DNA from: Bdellovibrionota bacterium
Lineage (GTDB): Bacteria; Bdellovibrionota_C; UBA2361; JBGSMV01
Direction: 5' to 3'
Length of the DNA stretch: 64,000 bases
Assembly (NCBI GenBank): GCA_044356455.1
Contig: JBIKWF010000006.1
Location: 1-64,000, forward strand
The translations under genes were made by a program, and so were the position numbers. Below are positions 59,365 through 64,000 of this stretch, one piece after another; positions within the stretch are counted from its first letter, which is position 1; each line of letters opens with the position of its first letter. Under the pieces are notes generated by a model that was not told the origin of the DNA, ran no database searches, and saw only the letters and a list, made by a program, of their open reading frames with translations.

Positions 59365-59472
59365 GGCACCGCCTATGAAACTCACTTCTGTGCGCCTCAG
59401 AGTCCTCCGAGGTGAATTTCTTCATGAAAATTTCACCTCGGAGAACACGGAGGTCAGTTTTTCAGAGTCTCC
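59365..59472. mobile_element. Degenerate MITE, copy 9
   Basis: Central CTCCGAGGTGAA...TTCACCTCGGAG; right end TTTTTCAGAGTCTCC followed by TTAG, which contains the stop of the dockerin gene. Confidence 0.72.
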
Positions 59473-60207
59473 TTAGGAAGCCTTGCTCTCCTCTAGAGAG
59501 CTTACCAAGGATCCTGTGGGGTAGGCGCCTGGCTTTTCAGTAGGCTTCTCAACGGCCCCCTCATTCCCCTGTTGGCTCGAACGCTTGAAGGCTTCGTTCA
59601 ATAATTTCAAATCACTCTCATCCACTATCCCGTTCTTATCGAGATCTCCGGCGCTATCATCTGTTCCAAACTTACCAAGCAGAATCGCTAAATCAGCTCC
59701 ATCAACGCCCGAGTTGCCGTCGAGATCTCCAAAGGTCCCCTTCTTCTCTTCGGGAACTCCAGGAGCATTCTTCTCTGTTGAACGTTTAAAGGCTTCGTTT
59801 AGAAGCTTCAGATCGCTCTCGTCTACCTTTCCGTTCTTATCAAGATCGCCTGCGCTATCTTCGGTTCCGAATTTCCCCAGAAGAATTCCAAGGTCGGCGC
59901 CATCAACTGTTGAATTTCCGTCCAAGTCTCCGAAGACCCCCTCTCTCTCTTTTGTGACTTCTGGCTTGCTGGAATTGCCACCGCTCACTCCAAGAGTAGG
60001 ATCTTGCTCGCTTACAAGTCGCCTGCGGCGGTCATAGGTAGGTTTCGCTTCTTCGCTAAGGCGAATTCTTACAGGGTCTGATTTGGTTTCAGCTTCTGAC
60101 CCAATCTTTGACTCGAGCCGCTTTGAAATACCCTCCGAAGTGAGCTTTGCCTCGGTAGTACGCTCTCGCAGACGCGCAAATGGTGAATTGCTGAGTTCTA
60201 TTTTCAT
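59473..60207 (-). CDS. Protein with two dockerin-like (GDLD.N..VD..DL) modules and no Sec signal
   Basis: Duplicated GDLDGNS.VDGADL.ILLGKFGT.DSAGDLDKNG.VDESDLKLL; ATG 60207 follows GGGAGGG. Confidence 0.8.
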   Translation of the reverse strand: MKIELSNSPFARLRERTTEAKLTSEGISKRLESKIGSEAETKSDPVRIRLSEEAKPTYDRRRRLVSEQDPTLGVSGGNSSKPEVTKEREGVFGDLDGNSTVDGADLGILLGKFGTEDSAGDLDKNGKVDESDLKLLNEAFKRSTEKNAPGVPEEKKGTFGDLDGNSGVDGADLAILLGKFGTDDSAGDLDKNGIVDESDLKLLNEAFKRSSQQGNEGAVEKPTEKPGAYPTGSLVSSLEESKAS

Positions 60208-60285
60208 TCGGGTTCCCTCCCAAAGTAGTTTATTCCGTGAGATAGCCTCCGGTGGGCGACGGCGGCAGCGCTCCTTGCAAATGTG

Positions 60286-60312
60286 GTAACGACACATTTT
60301 AGATGACCTTGA
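60286..60312 (-). promoter_or_regulatory. Possible sigma-28 promoter
   Basis: TCAAG-N14-GTCGTTAC about 80 nt upstream of the dockerin-like gene. Confidence 0.45.
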
Positions 60313-60384
60313 GACCTCTTTGGGCTCACCAAAGCAAGTGACTCAATTTACTGACCTTTTTTATTGAGAGGACGGGTGGGGATT

Positions 60385-62295
60385 TTAGGCAAAGCAGCCC
60401 CTAATGCGCGGGGATAAGGTAATGGTCACATCAACGCTGAGATGTCTTATGTAGAGATTCGCGACTAAGTTCCCATCGACTTCCTGTGAGGAAACTGGGA
60501 GATTTTCAAAGATAGGGGGCAATTTCTCAGGCAGATCACCCCGCCTTCGGATTGCCGAAAGGAGGCGATCAGCGAACTTCATTCTTTCCGCTTTTTCGGC
60601 AGGTGACGGACCCTCTTCTTCCAACTCAGGCCACTCAATATTTATCTCCATACGATCGGGATACAAAATTTCCGATTCAATAAGACCCGCGTTGGTGATG
60701 GTTGGGTCTTCTACTTCAAAATCAGGACTAGTATCGTACTCTTCCAAGGGATCTATCGGCTCATCGGAAGTTGGTTTGCCCTCATCGACTAAGGATTCCT
60801 CTTCTCCACTAAGGTCGGGGAAATCTGCGGCAACACCATAAAGTCTTAGAATCGGCCCGCCTCCACCTTTGGGAAGAATCTCAAGGTAGCGACTCAACTG
60901 CGCTTCCTGACCTGCATTTGAGACAAGAGTGGTTCCATGTTCAATCTTCCTCGAACCCTTAGCGCCAAGCACAAGCAGCGCTTCCTCGGAAAGCTCATCT
61001 CCCCGCAGAAGAAATCCGGCGATGTTAAGGCTGATTTTCTCGCTCTCTGAGACTCCAAAAACTGAGAGCGTCTTTTCAATATGCCTTGCGCGGGCGGCCT
61101 GGACTCTAAGGCCTAGAAGCTCAGCACTATCACGTCTCAAGTATTCTGATTCTCGCTCAGCCTTAATTCTCATCAGCAGATCATAATCTGCTTGAAGGGC
61201 ATCAAGCGTCGTCTTAGGACCAACCGGGATCAGTAAGTCAGAGATTTCAATGAACGCCAGTTCTATTCCACTGTCAGGAGCATCAAAAACCTGCCTCGCC
61301 TCCTGAAGGAGTCCTTCGAGTTCTTCCCGCGTCCTGCCCTCAAGATCGAGGCTGGCGACCTCACAATGTCCGAATAGCTTCTTAAGAATGCTGATACGGT
61401 TGGATTCCAGCTCCTCAATCGAGCGAGTAATACAATACGAGAGCAGATCTGGCCGAGCGGCAAGGTGCTCATCGTATAGATTAGATAAGGCACTCGGTTT
61501 TTCTGGCCCAAGATGAACCCAGATCTTGCCCTCAAGCAGCTCTATCCTGCTTCCCTGAGAGATTCCCTTTCGAGGCACCTCGAGATCTAAATGTAGATCC
61601 TCTTGCGCCTCAAAGAGCACCTCAGTTACCGCGCCCAGTTCTTCCCACCTGTCAGGCTCAGATTTCAAGTGACGGGCAAGCTCCTCCTCCCAGACCAGTC
61701 TCACCTCGAAAAGATTTTCACTGTCTCCAATCGAGCACAAGATTCGCAGAGGAACAGAACTCGAATTAGCTCCAAATCTAAATCCCTGACGAGTAATGAG
61801 TAAGTCTCTCCCGGAAGTAACGACCGCTGAAGCGCAGTACGCGGAAAGACTGATATCGGGCGCACATGGGTAGCTAAGCAGCACCTCGACTGGGTCGAGG
61901 GCTTCGCGCTTTTGGAGTTCCGAAAGAGTCCCATCAATAAGATTTCTCAGCTGCTCTGCATGCTCATCACTCAACTCGCCATGCTCCTGGGTCCCATACT
62001 GCAGGGCAGCATAAATTATGTTGATTGCCTCAATCTGGCTGCATGCCTCGAAGAGAACCTCATGCAAGGCAAAAGAGGCAGGTGAAAGCGCGAGGTTGGG
62101 ATCCAGCTTATTCTGGCGTGGGGCCTGCCCATTCCTTGGAAGCGAAGTCCCGGAATCAGCGGAGGAGCGGCTCTCAGGTGCGGAACCATCTTTTGACGCA
62201 GGAGTATCCCTAGGAGAAGGCTCCGACGATTCTTCTGGATTCACTACAACCACCAGATCCAAGACGACAAATGGGAGGAGAATCCCTACCGCCAC
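60385..62295 (-). CDS. Large acidic hypothetical protein
   Basis: 636-aa ORF with an S/P-rich disordered N-terminal region; start uncertain. Confidence 0.65.
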   Translation of the reverse strand: MAVGILLPFVVLDLVVVVNPEESSEPSPRDTPASKDGSAPESRSSADSGTSLPRNGQAPRQNKLDPNLALSPASFALHEVLFEACSQIEAINIIYAALQYGTQEHGELSDEHAEQLRNLIDGTLSELQKREALDPVEVLLSYPCAPDISLSAYCASAVVTSGRDLLITRQGFRFGANSSSVPLRILCSIGDSENLFEVRLVWEEELARHLKSEPDRWEELGAVTEVLFEAQEDLHLDLEVPRKGISQGSRIELLEGKIWVHLGPEKPSALSNLYDEHLAARPDLLSYCITRSIEELESNRISILKKLFGHCEVASLDLEGRTREELEGLLQEARQVFDAPDSGIELAFIEISDLLIPVGPKTTLDALQADYDLLMRIKAERESEYLRRDSAELLGLRVQAARARHIEKTLSVFGVSESEKISLNIAGFLLRGDELSEEALLVLGAKGSRKIEHGTTLVSNAGQEAQLSRYLEILPKGGGGPILRLYGVAADFPDLSGEEESLVDEGKPTSDEPIDPLEEYDTSPDFEVEDPTITNAGLIESEILYPDRMEINIEWPELEEEGPSPAEKAERMKFADRLLSAIRRRGDLPEKLPPIFENLPVSSQEVDGNLVANLYIRHLSVDVTITLSPRIRGCFA

Positions 62296-62444
62296 GCGGC
62301 ATATTAGTCAAAGAATTATGAAGAATCTGTAGCGAGGAGACTTTTAGAAAAGCCCCTGCCCCCACCTGAATTCAGGCCCCGCCCCAGGCTGGAACATGTG
62401 CGGTTTGCTACGGCCCCCTCTTTTGTGCATAATTCCAATGATCT

Positions 62445-62945
62445 ATGGAAGCGCGCGTTAGGTCAATGCAAATAGAAGATCTCCCGTCAGTGCTAGGAGT
62501 TCAATCTTCCTGCTATTTTGAGGTTGAGCCTGAGTCCGAGGCGTCACTCAGGGCGAAACTCCTCGCTTCCCCAACCACCTGCTTTATCGCTGAGCATAAG
62601 GGAAAAGTAGTCGGATACTTGATTGCAGTCCCCTCACGATTTGAGAGCCCGCCAGAATTTGACGCGCCCTACTACGATGTACCCCCTTACCCGAATGCCC
62701 TTTATCTTCATGACTTGGCCGTGGCTCCCGAGGGACGCGGCTCGGGTGCGGGAAAGATGCTCGTGACAGAGTTTATAAGCCGTTTTCGCGCATCCGAACT
62801 CCCCCGCGCCTGTCTGATTGCTATTCAAGACTCAGCCTCGTATTGGGAGCGCTATGGGTTTCATATTGTTATGCCCTCCGAATCCCCTCAGGCGAAGATT
62901 GAAAGCTACGGAAACAATGCCAAGTACATGGAGCTGCTACAATGA
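62445..62945 (+). CDS. GNAT family N-acetyltransferase
   Basis: LYLHDLAVAP..RGSG.G, YW..YGF. Confidence 0.9.
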   Translation: MEARVRSMQIEDLPSVLGVQSSCYFEVEPESEASLRAKLLASPTTCFIAEHKGKVVGYLIAVPSRFESPPEFDAPYYDVPPYPNALYLHDLAVAPEGRGSGAGKMLVTEFISRFRASELPRACLIAIQDSASYWERYGFHIVMPSESPQAKIESYGNNAKYMELLQ

Positions 62946-64000
62946 AACTTCTCTGCTCGGTTCTCCTTTCGTTGCTTCTTCTCACTGCCACCCCTGCCCC
63001 AGCCGAGACGCCCCCCGCGAAACAAATGGTCATAGGAGTGCCCACGCTTCTTTCAGGCGACTGGGCTGAACTTGGTGGAAATATTGAAAAGACTATACGA
63101 ACGTACCAGAAGCACTATCTGCGGCATCCGGTAGAGTTTACGTTCGAAGACGCAAAAATATCTGGGATTGATGGGCTCAAGGCCTATCAAAATTTGATAA
63201 ATGTCAAACATGTTGATCTGCTCATTGGGGCGACTTCTTCTAATGGTACGATGGCAGGAGCTCCTCTCATCAACAGCTCGCGCACGCTTATGATTTCACC
63301 CGTTACCGGCGGAAGTAACGTGGATAATGCCGGGGAATGGATCTTTCGGCTGGGAAATAGCGATGTGCTAAACGGGAAACTCCAGGCAGAAATCTTGAAA
63401 AAGCGCGGGCTTAACAAAGTCGCGGTTCTCACAGAAGAAACAGAGTACACACTCGACATTGCCAAAGTATTTGAAGCTGCGTTTCGTGAGGGAGGTGGGG
63501 AGATATCTTACTCCAACACTTTTCAGCCAAGCACCACTGACTTTCGTTCTCAGCTCACGCTTCTACTAAGGTCCAAACCTGCTGCCATCTTCATTCCCAC
63601 TCAGACGGGAAGTGCGCTTGCGCTTATTCTCAATCAGCTCTCACAACTGGGCACCTTTGATGGAGAGATTCACACCACCTTCACTGCGGCAGACAACCCT
63701 GACGCGAATGCCCTCGCGCGAGGAAAGTTCAAAGGACTCCATTATCTTGCGCCCGCATACGCCAAAGATCATCCGCGACTTAAAGAATTCCTTGAGTTCT
63801 ATAGAAGTGAGCACAAACGGGAACCTCTTATTTTGTTTCACAGCGCCGCCGTGATTGATGCCCTAGACATTCTTCAAGCCTTTCTCGATAAGGCCGGTCA
63901 CTATAATTCCGACAAATTTCGCACCCACCTCCTTACGAGCGTGAAGAATTATTCTGGGCTCCTTGGCCATTTCTCATTCGACGAAGCGGGGAATGCAAAC
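62942..64000 (+). CDS. Branched-chain amino acid ABC substrate-binding protein (LivJ-like), runs off the window end
   Basis: ATG overlaps the GNAT stop; signal peptide, IG....LSG..A..G, EWIFR, TDFRSQL, G..G.FSFD..G; open to the end of the window. Confidence 0.85.
   Translation, partial: MKLLCSVLLSLLLLTATPAPAETPPAKQMVIGVPTLLSGDWAELGGNIEKTIRTYQKHYLRHPVEFTFEDAKISGIDGLKAYQNLINVKHVDLLIGATSSNGTMAGAPLINSSRTLMISPVTGGSNVDNAGEWIFRLGNSDVLNGKLQAEILKKRGLNKVAVLTEETEYTLDIAKVFEAAFREGGGEISYSNTFQPSTTDFRSQLTLLLRSKPAAIFIPTQTGSALALILNQLSQLGTFDGEIHTTFTAADNPDANALARGKFKGLHYLAPAYAKDHPRLKEFLEFYRSEHKREPLILFHSAAVIDALDILQAFLDKAGHYNSDKFRTHLLTSVKNYSGLLGHFSFDEAGNAN

Overview
This is a 64 kb chromosomal window from a moderately GC-rich bacterium. 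The gene content (ahcY, fused ccoNO, DUF5710, dockerin-like repeats, FHA proteins next to T3SS-like genes) suggests an uncultured Bdellovibrionota/Myxococcota-like former Deltaproteobacterium; this placement is inference only. Recognisable genes are rne, an orphan mreB paralogue, comEC, ahcY, an ABC-2 exporter, apaG, tRNA-Thr(CGT), fabH, msrB, a DEAD-box helicase, a cbb3 oxidase and maturation cluster, a Mn/Fe superoxide dismutase and ctaA. Less ordinary elements: (1) about 800 nt of ORF-free sequence after ahcY (19621-20412) that folds into many long stems, with G-U pairs consistently on the + strand and CCUCC-rich single strands, a candidate undescribed large ncRNA or sRNA array; (2) a minimal T3SS-like operon (SctJ, FliG-N-like, SctO-like, SctQ) fused to an FHA-protein cluster, with no export gate, ATPase, secretin or needle in this window; (3) orphan genes with eukaryote-like enzyme folds (ART-like, DOT1-like, calpain, degenerate RNB) that could be effectors; (4) nine copies of a roughly 130 bp palindromic IS5-like MITE with YTAR target duplications, often at stop codons; (5) attC-like integron cassette remnants next to an IS66 relic; (6) tRNA-linked 120 bp tandem repeats with an inverted copy of the T-arm. 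All calls come from reading the sequence by eye; no searches were run.
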